Part shown: positions 13,291 through 25,664 of the stretch, piece by piece | How positions within the stretch are numbered: the first letter of the stretch is position 1 | How the letters are laid out: every line of letters starts with the position of its first letter | NCBI GenBank assembly: GCA_010909165.1 | Contig: MU008206.1 | Span: 310,001-374,000 of the forward strand | Length of the DNA stretch: 64,000 bases | Reading direction: 5' to 3' | Origin: Anthoceros angustus | Taxonomy: Eukaryota > Plantae > Anthocerotophyta | Notes under the pieces: generated by a model | Databases searched by the model: none | What the model was told of the DNA's origin: nothing | What the model saw: only the letters and a program-made list of their open reading frames with translations | Made by a program: the position numbers and the translations under genes

Positions 13291-15548
13291 TCAAGGTGAA
13301 GCACCAGCTACATCATTCTCTCTAGTATCCACAAGTTCAGGAACTTCCTCCATTATCCTCTTCACGGTTCCCTCTGACATTTTGGGGCTGATCTTGATGC
13401 TGTGTGGGGGAAGAATTAGCTCTTTTACTTCGGTTATACCTTCGCTGGCAGAAGGTGAAGAAGCCGCATCCTCGAGTTCAGGTAACGGTCTTGAGTTCTC
13501 CCAAACAGCGTAGTCCTGACCATAAGCTGCAAGCTTCCAGCATGAATCTGGTAGCAACGAGCCCATCTCAAACCTGATAGAGGCGTATTTCATGAGCTTG
13601 CTGCCAAAAGAGAGTCACAGATGTATAAGGGTGTCAAAGGTTGACAGAGCTCCTAACCTCTTCCCCAGCTTCACAGTTATCCGATCCCCGATGCAGGCAA
13701 CGTAAATGTCGGCTTCTGCAGCCTTGATGTGTACTTCACTCTTGGCATTGATACAGTTCCGCTTCCTTACATCAATCAAAGCTCTGATCTCGTCTTGAAG
13801 TCCCCAGTCGAAGAAGTGATCATAAAACTGTCATCCGTAACACAAAAGCTCAGTTAGTTGTTCACATGAGAGTCATGAGAGCGAAAACACGAGGAAAATG
13901 CGAGAGAAAATGCTCACCACACAGGGCACTCCAGGATGTGTAAGAATGTAGGCATAGCCCTGCATGACCTTGTCATCCGGAAAGCACCAGTGTCGCTGCG
14001 TGGATCCAGTGTCATGGTTGTCCACAAAGGTTACAGCCTTCTGCGGATACCAACCTGATCTTTCACAATCTGAGTTAACGTACTACAACCAAACCTGAAG
14101 AGATTGAAGCAGCGGAAGCACAACTGGACAAAGTTCTGCTGGGCTTGTGGGCAGGTAGGTACCTATCAATCCGGGGGGTTTCCCCTTGGCATCTTTGAGA
14201 CGCCACAACTCATCCAGAACGGCAGCCTGCAGGATGCCTTTAGTTGTAAAGTCGAAGGCAGAGGATTGCCCGCCAGTGCCATCAATCCAGTCACACAAGG
14301 TCTGTCGGTGGCAATCTGCACAACGACGTAGGTTAGACGATGGGAGGACACGGATCTTTTCACAATCTCAAAGCTATGCGGAAGACGATGGGCTCATACT
14401 TTGGTTATACGCCAATTGGTCCCCTTCATAATCCACAGAGTTCCAGTACTCCCCCACAGCGAAGGAAGGCATCGTTCTTTCACAGTACCTGCAAACACAC
14501 ATGACCGCCATGCGATGGCCATGAGCAGGATCCAGAAATGACGCCATGGACCAAAGCAGTTCCAGCCATCACACTCACCGCCCCACGAACTCAGGTGCAT
14601 AGCCCTTGACAAAATCAAACCGCCACCCGTCGAAGCCGACATAGGCTTTGAGCCAGTTCATCCAATCCGTGAGCTCATCCTGAACCTGCTTATTGGTGTG
14701 GTCGAGGTCAGGGGCAGCAGCATAGCTCTCCCCAGTGTCAGGCCGCCCTTGCCCTCCACTGTCATACACATCGTCCTTCACAACCGCCCAGGGACCCCAG
14801 TCAAGCCTCCTGTCCGGAGTCCCCCCTTCGAACACATTCCAGTGCCCCTTAGAATCCTGCTTCCATCCACTCCGATGGTTCACCACAATGTCTGCGATGG
14901 AGCATATCCCCCGCGCATGCAGCTGGTCGATGAGAGCCATGAGCTGCTCCTCCGTCCCGTACTTGGACGCATTGAGATTGTACAGCTGCCCCGGAAGATA
15001 CCCTGCAGAGTAGCCAGGACCCCGACATGACCAACCTGGACGATATCACAAACCGGCAAGCACAACAGCACCTCCTCCTGCTGCTGCTGCTCACCATTCT
15101 GGTCCACAGACTGGGACGGAGGCGGAAGCCACACATCCGTGATCCCAGCTGCAGCCAAGTCATCAGCCTTCTCCGCCAACTTCACCCACCACGGCTTCAG
15201 AGACGGGGACTCCCAATTGAACCCCTGCAGAGCACCACATCAACACACGCTCTTCACTCCCCCACCCCAGCCCAATTCTCTTCACTCCCCGCAACATCAC
15301 ATCACCTGGAAGAGGATGTTGTCGTCAGGACCTGCAGGAACGGGGCGTCCCGGTCGCACTCTCCCTAAATGCACCTCCGGCACCCTGGGCAACCGATCCC
15401 TCCCAACAAACCGAGGGTGAGGCTGCTCCGATCTCGCCGCTTCTGCGAAGACGACCACACTCCTGATTCTCCGAGCGGGTGCATCGGCTCTCTCGTGCGG
15501 CTGCTTAAGCAGCAGGCTTGGCCTCCTGCTAATCAGAGGTGCTGCCAT
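13291..15548 (-). CDS. Alpha-amylase (GH13, plant AMY type), multi-exon, with N-terminal transit-peptide-like segment and acidic C-terminal tail
   Basis: ILFQ|[50 protein letters not shown] (catalytic Asp), AVGEYW (catalytic Glu), [39 protein letters not shown]. Confidence 0.95.
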
Positions 15549-15811
15549 TCAATCACTTGTTGCTTCAAAGTTGAGACGCCTCAATCCTCTTACGCTTGTT
15601 TACGCCTTTTATATATATACATACACGGATCGACGCTCGAAGCGGATAGGGGATACGGATGAGCACGCGCAGGCCCGCAGGAAGCAGCAACGGCAGCAGC
15701 GGCGCCGGCGGCAGCAGCGCAGGAAGCTTCATGGTTGTGACGCCCGCCATCTTCGCCGTGAGCCGGCCGTGACGGCAGTGTTCCGGCGCGGAGCGAATCT
15801 GAGCGAGCAGG
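15549..15811. promoter_or_regulatory. Short (263 bp) divergent promoter region between amylase and SWC6, with TATA element at ~15606-15619
   Basis: Head-to-head start codons at 15548(-) and 15812(+). CTTTTATATATATA reads TATATATAAAAG on the minus strand, ~60 bp upstream of the amylase ATG. Confidence 0.55.
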
Positions 15812-16354
15812 ATGAAGGAGGATCTGGCGATGAGGAGGAGCTCCAGCCGGGCGCGGAAGGTAGCGCCAAAGGTGACGGAAGCGCTGCTGGACTCCCACAC
15901 CCGGGCGCACATCGCGCAAGCGAGGCTGGATGCTTTGGAAAGCGATAACCTAGCGGCGGACGTGGTGTTGGTGGAGGAAGAGGAGGAGGCGTCGGCGGAC
16001 GAGGAGGAGGAGCACGGCTTCAAGTATAAGGGCCAAAGGAGCGGACCGGCCAAGCGCAAGACGAGGCAGTCCAAGGCGGCGGCGGCCGCGGCCGCGGGGT
16101 TGTCAGCCAGGAAGGCGCCTCCCAGGTCGTTTCTGGAGCTGTTGCAGGAGGCAGGGCTGGAGATGCTGCCTCCCTACGTGCCGTCCTACATCACGGCCGC
16201 CGTGGGGCCGCCTTCCTCCGGGGCGCGCAGGCATTTCTGCTCCGTCTGCGGATACCTCGCCCCCTACACCTGCGTGCGCTGCGGCTTCAGGTTCTGCTGC
16301 GTCAAGTGCCATCTTGTGCACAACGACACCCGATGCCAGAAGCATGTGGCGTGA
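15812..16354 (+). CDS. SWC6: SWR1 complex subunit 6 (SEF/ZNHIT1/Vps71), HIT-type zinc finger, intronless
   Basis: RSSSRARKVAPKV...ARLDALESDN, PSYITAAVGPPS, RHFCSVCGYLAPYTCVRCGFRFCCVKCHLVHNDTRC. Confidence 0.95.
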   Translation: MKEDLAMRRSSSRARKVAPKVTEALLDSHTRAHIAQARLDALESDNLAADVVLVEEEEEASADEEEEHGFKYKGQRSGPAKRKTRQSKAAAAAAAGLSARKAPPRSFLELLQEAGLEMLPPYVPSYITAAVGPPSSGARRHFCSVCGYLAPYTCVRCGFRFCCVKCHLVHNDTRCQKHVA

Positions 16355-16718
16355 CGGACACGTCATCGCACGCACTTGACGTATCGGGAGCAGACTGCCC
16401 TTGCTCCATGTCGTTTGGAATCGGAGCTCCCCAGCCTCCAGGATTAGCAGCAGGTCCAGGCGTCCCAAGGATGCAGAAATATCCGACAGGGAACCTTGTG
16501 CCAGAGGCCAGTAGGCTGGGGTGAAGACGGCTCTGCCTTTTCTTGAAAACTAAGAAGCAACATATAACTCGGAATTACAGTGGTAGGATGAACGCGTTTC
16601 TGGATCCCCTTAATCAAGAGAAGGGACGAAAGCATTTCTGAACCCCTTCAATTAGGAGAAAACACCTCTGCACCTCGCCGATGTACATACGTGTAGACGC
16701 GCGTCAGTTTGGAAAACA

Positions 16719-18068
16719 TCACTCTTCTTCCTCGGCTTTCAAAAACGTGTTGAACCACGCATCAAAACGTGACCAAGCAACCTCCACAGCCCGGGCATCG
16801 TGATCCCCGAAACCACTATCTTCCTTGCGCTTGATGGCATCCTTGGAGCTGGCCATGAAGGCATGGCCAACGTCTGGATACAGGTGCACTTCATGGGTGA
16901 CACCAGATGCCTTCAGCTTCTCCTGAAGTGCCTTTGCTGACTGGCACAACAAGCAACAGTTACCAGTCTCGGCAGCTAAGCTCAGACAAAGCGAGCAGCT
17001 CCCCAAATTGAAAGCAGGTTTCCTGTGTGGAAAGGGAACAAACACCATCACTGGCTCACCTCCAGATCTGAAAACCCTGTGATCTTGTCTGCTTCACCAA
17101 AGTGAGCTTGGACAGGCACCTTCACTTTGGACACGTCCGCCAGTTCTTTGGGGGGGATACCGTAGAAACTGACAGCCGCCGAAATTCCCTCCACCAGAAC
17201 CGCACTCGCCAGGGTCAAAGCACCACCCATGCAAAACCCTGTCACTCCCACCTGAGTGAGGACGGGATCAGTTGTTTCAGCTCAGTTTCAGGGCTACTGC
17301 CGTCAAAATATTCAACCAGCGACACCCAGAGGCACCACCTGACCCACCTTAGGAGAGCCGTGCTTCCTGAGCCACTTGACAGAGGCAAGAATGTCCTCCA
17401 CAGCCTCAGGCCAGTCAAGCGTGCTCATCAAGTGCTGGGCCTCTGCCTCATCTAGTCCAAGTCTACCACGGTACAGGCTGCAAGCATAGAGCCTCAGGAT
17501 AAGCCAAGCACAAGCCCAGGACTGCCAAGGTAATGCTTGCGACCAGACGAGGCATACTCTGGAATAAGAGTGCGGAATCCTTTCTTAGCCACGAACGCTG
17601 CATGATTCTTCACCTCGTAGTCCACTCCCCACCATTCTTGCAGAACAATTATACCCGGAAGGTGCCTATCTCCCAGAACATAGGCGTCGAATGTCTGCAG
17701 CAGTGCAGGCGGAGATGTGGTCCAGACCTAAGACCATCCACACGAACATGACACAAAAGCTTCATCATCGGGTCAGGACGTACCACTTTGCCGTCGTCAC
17801 GCTCAATTGTCACCTTCTCAAACTCTGGCCTAGGATCTCGCTTGGGAGGAGGGGGGGCAACCTCTTGGGCCATGCCAACCACTGGGTTCAGTGATACCCT
17901 GCTGCAACAACGGCCCCTGCTGGTGTTGATTCGCGAAACCAGACGATTGAGGCTCGTGGCTGGCCTGCCCCACGCGTACGGCTCACCTGATATGGCAGAC
18001 CGCAGAATGAGTGAGGAACCACTCACCATGCGCATGCTCGTGCTTTGCATGATCTGTTCGGCAAGCAT
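16719..18068 (-). CDS. Dienelactone hydrolase family protein (carboxymethylenebutenolidase-like), multi-exon, possible organellar N-terminal extension
   Basis: IVLQEWWGVD, the nucleophile elbow GVTGFCMGGAL, SFYGIP, PVQAHFGEAD, HEVHLYPDVGHAF. Confidence 0.92.
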
Positions 18069-19047
18069 GTCCTGTCCCTACACCTGGGACTTTAGACAAC
18101 TCACGCAGCTGAGATGTGAACAACACACTATCCACCACCAGCGATGTCAAAGCTTGGCCTATACGAAGGGATTATGCACCAACAAGACTATCCCAACCCT
18201 GCGCTCTGTGCTAAGGCTGATTTTGCATACTACACTGACACTCGCACACACTGCACGCGTATTGGTCAATTCGCCACTTACCACAATGCAGCTCCCCAGC
18301 TCCAAGAAAGGAGGCACAAACACCAGCACGCGGACTTCATACGCCAACCCTAGATGTAATCATACATGTTCATGAGAGCACGGTGTATGAGGGTGGTCCG
18401 CGACTCCGCGATAAGCAGGAGACTGCCCGTTACGCGATTTGGCGAGACACCCTGGCCTGTATTTCCCCCCTTCGTTGAACACACTTTCTGAAAGAAGAAG
18501 AAGAGGAAGAAGAAAAAGAAGGAAAGAATTCCTTCTTTTTCCTCAAAAAAAGCATATGCAGACTAGAATCCTAGACCTGCACTTCCCCGTTCTGGCCATA
18601 CAGACCTACCGTATAAATTGGATTGTTCTGGATTTCAGCTCTCGTGGCATCGTTCATCCCGATCCAGAACGCGGAACCGTTGTTCTGCCTGCTCTGGCTT
18701 CATGTGCTTGCAGGGCTACTCATTCACCGAGCTTCTTGTCGTTCTTCTCCAATCCTTGTAGCTAACTGCCCTCCAGTTCGTCGAAGCCTGTTCCTCCGAT
18801 CTCATCAGCATAATTAGGTTTGCTCTCGTCCTTGGAGCCCGGGGATGAGCTGCGCACGGAGAAATGCCACACTTTTACTGTCCTGGTCACAAGGATGGAT
18901 GGTGGGAGAGTCACAAGTACAGAATGACTGAGTGGATGAAGGTGGTCTGATTTGCCGCCCGCCTCATGTAGGAATTCCCACAGCACGACACTAGTTTCAG
19001 ATAACAGCAGCTCACGTTGTTCCCTGCTGAGCTCTGCGCGCTGAACG

Positions 19048-21215
19048 ATGGCAGGCATATCCGGGTTTCATTTGCTATCGTTCATCACAATTTGTCTGGT
19101 TATTGGTAAGGAAATTCGTCCCGCTCTCAATGGACCGGCTGTATTTTACTGGATGCCTCTGTTGACGATGAAGATGGTGGACAGCACAGCGCTGCGCGTC
19201 TCAACTGTTTCTTCTGATCCTGATTTTGTTTCCTGTGCTTGCCGTGCTTCCCTAGGTGCAATGTTGCAACTAGCTTCTCTTCGAAAATTGGAGCAAACCG
19301 GTGGTACACCCTCCTAACACAAAGAACGCCAACAGTAGTCGTCTGGATGCTTTTCTATGGCAGGTTGTTTTCATCTGTGGCACTTTGAGAAAGCTGAAGC
19401 TACAGTCTTCGTTTACAGGCTTCGGGGACAACACGTTTCGAAGAAGCTCTCAACTACTTCCACTATCTGAAGGTGCGTCCATGTATTTCTGAGGCCTGTA
19501 CGCAATTCCCTTCTGTACCGAACCTATGCACCAGCTCCCTTATCACTCTGAGTAACTACTGGCATATTCTTGCAGGGCTTAAATGGGCAGGGGACGAAGA
19601 TGCCCGAATTCTCAGGTTGGGGCTGGTAGGCAACTGCTCTTTGCTCGCTTCTTTCTACTATTAAAAGCTGGCATGCTTTGCTACGAAGTGATTAAGTTGC
19701 TGTGATTTATGTCTCTTGGGTGCATGCTTCTTTACCTTCATGTATGTGGACTTGGTAGAGAGAATGACTTGCAACTAGGAGATCACTCTGGTAGGCTTCT
19801 CCAGTTCATCTGGCATGCTCCTTGCAGGTCAAGCAAGAGGTGGTCAGCTGGGCACCAAGAATCATTGTCCTGCACAACTTTTTGAGTTCAGAGGTGATAA
19901 AACAGTGGCATTGTGATTTTCGGTTGAGCGTTTGTGTTCTTCTGATGCTCTATCTGTGCCTTCTGAACGCCAAACTTGTTCTCTGCTTCATTATGCCCAG
20001 GAGTGTGACCATCTTATGGAAGTTGCTCGACCTAGACTAGCAAAATCGACTGTAGTGGATCGTCGTACGGGCAAGGCATGTAATGATGGACTGCCAAGCT
20101 AAGAAGAACTAGTGCACGTGTGTTTTGTAAGATGAGCAGCAGAGGCAATAGGATTCGTTTTGCTCTGAAAGTATGCAAGGTGGTACATATGTTCCTAACA
20201 CCACCTAGTAGTTGTAAGCAGGGTATTGAGAGTAAAGTGCGCACCAGTACAGGCATGTTTGTGACATCAAAAGAGCGGAAACATCGCATCATAGAGGTAC
20301 CTCAACTGCTTGTTTTTGGGATCTCTTCCTGTGGGAAAATCCTTCTTTTGATCCCTCCGTTCCAATTATACGAGAGTCTTGTGCTTACTTGGTCACACTC
20401 AGGCTATTGAAAAAAGAATAGCAGTGTTTTCAATGGTGCCTGTTGAGAACGGAGAACTACTGCAAGTTCTACGGTAGGAAACCAGGCTACTTGTAGCTTC
20501 TTCGAACTTCCTTGCGAATTTTGGTGGCATCTTTGTCTGGAAAGTATCTCACATTTTGTGGGTATGAACAGGTATGAGCAGGACCAGTATTATGATCCTC
20601 ACCACGACTACTTCTCTGATGAGGTATGGTAGGGTTACTCGAGCGTTGCGAAGTTTGGTTACGGAGATTGCTTCCTAAACTCAGCGCCAGATCCCATCCA
20701 TGTCACAATTGTGTCTGACTAAAAATAGGCTCATCGAATTGGGCAGTTCAACCAACGACGTGGAGGTCAGCGTGTCGCAACGATGTTGATGTATTTGAGC
20801 GATGGGGTGGAGGGAGGAGAGACCTTTTTTCCTTCGGTAAGATTGTCTCAGCGCACCTATGCCCGCTCTGTATCCTGGGCAACTCATTGAGTAGTCAAGT
20901 GCCTGATTTTGTAGGCCGGAGGAGGCAGTGAGTGCAGCTGCGGCGGAGAACTGAAAAAAGGGATATGCATCTCTCCCAAACGGGGGGACGCGGTCTTGTT
21001 TTGGAGTCTGGTAATGAGCGACAACATCACGTCGTTCGTTTTACTCATGCCCTGTGAGACGAATCAATTGCCTCCAATGAACCATGTGCTTGAAATGTTG
21101 TTTGCAGGGTTTGGATGGTCAACAAGATCATGCAAGTTTGCATGGAGGTTGCAAAGTTTTGAAAGGTGAAAAGTGGTCTTCGACAAAATGGATGCGGCAG
21201 CATCCTTTCAATTGA
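19048..21215 (+). CDS. P4H1: Prolyl 4-hydroxylase 1 (2OG-Fe(II) dioxygenase), many small exons
   Basis: N-terminal TM segment (LLSFITICLVIG), then EVVSWAPRIIVLHNFLS, STVVD, VRTSTGMF, ENGELLQVLRYE, HHDYF, GGQRVATMLMYL, EGGETFFP, GDAVLFWS, SLHGGC, KWSSTKWMRQ. Stop at 21213-21215. Confidence 0.94.
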
Positions 21216-21329
21216 AATTTCAAATGATGTGTAGACTAGGTGTGCACTGATGAAAACGGTCCCACTGGGACTCAGTAAGACGGAACGAAATCAATCGGCC
21301 ACAGTGATATATCGACAGCTGGTGTCAGT

Positions 21330-22124
21330 CTAGTCTAATCTTGGACTGCCGCTATCTGGCAAGTTTGGAGCGTCGGCATCTGAATGTTTCGCAGCTGCTT
21401 CTGCGGCGGCTGTCCCAGGACTTCGCGCGAGTGCTTCTGCTTGCACCTCGTTGGCCTCTACCACCTGTTGCGCCTTGTCTACCAGATCATTGATTTGGGC
21501 AGCTAAGGCATCCACCGCCTGCTCTCCCGAAAGGGCTAAGTCTTGTCTCCTCTGCTTACCACAGGTACAGCACAAGCGAGTGTTAATAAAGAGGTGTACG
21601 TAAACTGACGACAGACCGGCGAATCGCATGAACAAGAGTAGTTTGGAAATCACTCAGGTGTCGTTCCCGGTTTGCAGTGGGATCGAAAAGGTTTGCAACG
21701 GAAGTGGGAGGAGCAATGGAAGTGCAGACAACAGGTCCCACTTGGATAGACCAGAGCGAACAAAGAATAGCGATGAATCTCACCAAGCCAAAGATTTCCT
21801 CTGCTGTCTGAGGGTCATAGTTTCTCAACACATCCTCAGCTGCTGCCTTTGCACGTCCAAAAGGGTGAAACTTATGAGTCAGGATGCATAGACTAACCAA
21901 TCACATTCATCTTTCAAATAACTAGTATCGACAGTAGAAGGTACGACCAATGCCAAGCAGCAGCACGCGGACTCGGGAGTGACAGAGGGAATAACCTTGG
22001 CATCCTGGAGCTCTTCCCCGTCGAGCGTGAGAGGTTCCGTGCTTACTGAGGCCACCGACGAGCTACGACTGTCTAGCACCACTCCTGAAGGCTGCCGCCC
22101 TCCTCCACCAGGCATCGTCTCCAT
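21330..22124 (-). CDS. Small uncharacterised 3-exon protein
   Basis: Open segments METMPGGG...GEELQDAK | AAAEDVLRNYDPQTAEEIFGL | ...ALSGEQAVDALAAQINDLVD...SPRLD*, separated by GT..AG introns of typical size. No family recognised. Confidence 0.55.
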
Positions 22125-22706
22125 GCCTTCGCCACTCGGGTTGCACTGAATTGAAGAGGATAATGAAAGACAAAAGCAAAAAACGACCCCCAATGGCTAG
22201 CTACAACCGAGGTCGCGCTGCACCGCTCACGCCAAGTGTCCAGTCTCAGAGCTCGAGTCACATGTTGAGTGGTAGGTGCCAGTGGCAACGACGGTAATGA
22301 TTCACCGTCTCTCTGAAGCCGTGTGCCTACGTGTTGCAGAAGCTCGGTAGCTACAACGGGAAGTTTCTTTGAAAGCCCCAACCGGCTCATCGGCCACGAC
22401 CAATAGAAGACGGAAAACCTAACTGGGCGTCAGCAAGACCATTTTCGTATAGGTGTCCAAAGACAAAAGACCACGGCCTCTCCGTACTACGTACAAACGG
22501 TCCACCGCACTGACCAATGGATCTGATGATCTCCAGACATACAACTTGGAATGAGCCAGACACCTTCCCGCACTAAACTCATGTTTAAGAACTCTACTGC
22601 CGCAAGGTTTGTATTATTACCGGGTCGCGAAGCAGCTAACCTGCCAACCCACTCTTCAAAAGAAAGATCCTGAGCTGTCGGAGAGGAACGAACGGCCGTC
22701 AGTCCT

Positions 22707-25217
22707 TCACTTTTTCTCTCCGTGTCGCTTCACCTCCTCATATTCAGCCTCAACTGGCTGCTCTTCAGCGCCTTGACCTGCCTGACCGCCCTGCCCGCTG
22801 GGACCCTGACCAGACTGGCCACCTTGAAAAGCTTGGCCAATTGCCAACGAAGCAGCCTGCACATCCTTGGTCTTCTGGGAGATCCTCTCCACATCCTCGC
22901 CCTCAAGAGCCTTCTTCAGGTCATCGATTGCCCCAGACACTTTCTCGACAACGTCTGCTGGCAGTTTAGCCTTGTGCTCATCCAAACTCTTTTGCACAGA
23001 GTAAATAGCTGTTTCGGCATCATTCTTTGCCTCGATAAGCTTTTTCCGTTCCTGATCTTTTTGAGCATATTGCTCTGCATCCCTCACCATCGACTCGATC
23101 TCTGATTCCGTGAGCCCTCCGGAAGATTGGATGGTAATGGCTTGCTCCTTACCAGTTGATTTGTCGCGGGCAGAGACGTTCACAATCCCATTGGCATCAA
23201 TATCGAATGTCACCTCAATTTGAGGAACACCACGAGGAGAAGGGGGAATGCCAATCAGCTCAAACTGTCCCAAAAGTTTGTTGTCAGACGCCATCTCTCG
23301 TTCTCCCTGGAGGACCCTCACACCAACCTGCGTCTGACCATCAGCAGCAGTTGAGAACACCTGACTCTTCTTCGTAGGAATGGTGGTATTCCGCGTGATG
23401 AGCCTCGTGAAAACACCTCCAAGGGTTTCAATACCGAGGGACAGAGGAGTAACATCCAGCAGCAACAGATCCTTTACATCACCCCGGAGCACCCCTCCTT
23501 GGATAGCAGCACCCATCGCTACCACCTCATCAGGATTCACTCCTTTGTTCGGGTCCTTACCGAACAAGTTGGCCACTACCTCCTGCACTTTTGGCATCCT
23601 AGTCATACCACCAACCAGCAAAACTTCATCCACATCTTTGGCAGTGATACCTGCATCCTTTAAGCAATCCCGGCATGGCTGCTTCGTCCTCTCAATCAGG
23701 GTATCAACCAAGGACTCGAACTTCGATCGAGTGAGAGTCACATTCAAATGCTTGGGACCTGTGGCATCTGCAGTGATGAAGGGAAGGTTGACCTCGGTCT
23801 GAGTCGTGGATGACAACTCCACTTTTGCCTTCTCAGCCGCCTCACGCAACCTTTGAACTGCCAGTTTATCCTTGGACAGGTCAATGCCCTGCTCCCTCCT
23901 AAACAAATCAACAAGGTACTGAACCAAAGTATTATCAAAATCCTCCCCTCCCAAAAACGTGTCACCGTTCGTTGCCTTCACCTGGAAGGTAATAAAGACC
24001 GGGGATACGTAAGCTTCAACAACACGAACGCGAGTAAACCACACAAAAATTTATCGAGGAACATAAGGTAGTGGCCAGTTACCTCAAAGACGCCGCCAGT
24101 GATTTCCAAGACGGAAATATCGAACGTACCACCACCGAGATCAAAAACAGCAATCAAACCCGCTTCCTTCTTATCCATACCATAAGACAGAGATGCAGCA
24201 GTCGGCTCATTGATGATGCGTAGCACATCTAAACCAGCTATACGGCCAGCATCCTTCGTAGCTTGTCTTTGGGCGTCATTGAAGTAGGCAGGCACTGTGA
24301 TGACGGCCTTTGTCACAGACTTGCCCAGAAATGCCTCCGCCGTTTCCTTCATTTTGGCCAAGACGAAGCCACCAATTTGGCTAGGAGAATAACGCTGGCC
24401 CCCAGCCTCGACCCAGGCATCCCCATTGGGTGCCTTCACAATCTTGTAGGGGACCATCTTCGACTCTTTCTGAACCAACGGGTCGTCGAACGTACGACCA
24501 ATCAACCTCTTGGTTCCGTACACAGTATTGGTGGGATTGGTCACGGCCTGTCTCTTGGCCGGGGTGCCGACCAGTCTCTCCCCTTTGGGAGTGAACGCCA
24601 CCACAGACGGTGTGGTCCGAGCTCCTTCCGCATTCTCAATCACCCGTGGGTTCTTCAACAAGCACAGACACATTCACTTCGTCAACTCTTCCGCCCTTCG
24701 CACCTCAATTCTGCCAGCGACCTCTTTCACCAACTGAGCTGCATGCACCCCAACCAAGCTCCCGTGCGAAGTACTCACCTTGCCCTCCATAACCGAGACA
24801 CAGGAGTTGGTTGTTCCGAGATCAATACCAATAACCTCCGATCCAGCGGCAGCACTACTGCACATACATCCCGCGGCCGATCGTGTCAACAAGGATCACC
24901 AAAGTCTGGAGCCGCGAAATCTGACACGACAAAGCATATGCGGCAATTGACTGAGGTGAACGCCCACCTAAAAGGCCTGACTCCATTGCTTGTTATCCTC
25001 CTCACCAACTCGGAGGCCTTGGCGGATGCAAAAGACTGGTCTACCACCTGCAGCAAGAGCAAGAGCTGTCACCGAGGGTGCCTTGGAATGCAACAGCAAA
25101 CGCAGTGGTGCAATCAGGAAATGCCCGCACCTGGCCCGCAGCTCGATGAAGCTCCTTGCCGCGGTGCACACGCTGCGCAGATCGCGCTATGCGCGCCGCC
25201 AACATTCCAGCAGCCAT
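22707..25217 (-). CDS. Mitochondrial HSP70 (DnaK-type chaperone)
   Basis: Arg/Ala-rich presequence [13 protein letters not shown], then [87 protein letters not shown], and C-terminal EAEYEEVK. Confidence 0.97.
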
Positions 25218-25664
25218 GAACAAGTCGAATGCAGCAAGCGGGCGTGAATCCTTGTCTGAATCGAAGCGAGAGCAATCAACCGAAAACAGACTGTCTTCTC
25301 CTGCCTGTGTAAGGAAATGCCGGCAGCTGCCCTAGAGAAGTGTTGAACAGATGCCTTCTAGGGCAAGTTACGTGCCAGAACCTTCAGTTGGCTTCCACAG
25401 CGAGGGCCACCACGAACCATCCAGATTCTTCCGTTCAGCCTAACTGCGGAAATTTCGCCCCCGACTTCGTTGATTATTGTTCGGATCCTGTTACGCCCCG
25501 TTCGCCTCCAGCTTCAATCCCGTTAAGCGAAAAGCTCGACGTGTAGTTCACCAGGAGAGATGGACGTGATAGAGAACACAGCATCAGTGTGCGCAGCTGA
25601 GAGGCGAGAAGACATGAATTAATTTGAGTATTCATACTCATGTTACACCGCTGGTGATAAAAGG

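Noticed and set aside
15571-15948. 125-aa Q/R-rich ORF overlapping SWC6
   Set aside because: Non-ATG start, low-complexity trinucleotide-like sequence, and out of frame with the conserved gene.
24263-25219. 318-aa + strand ORF
   Set aside because: Antisense shadow of HSP70, a well-known artefact of its codon usage.
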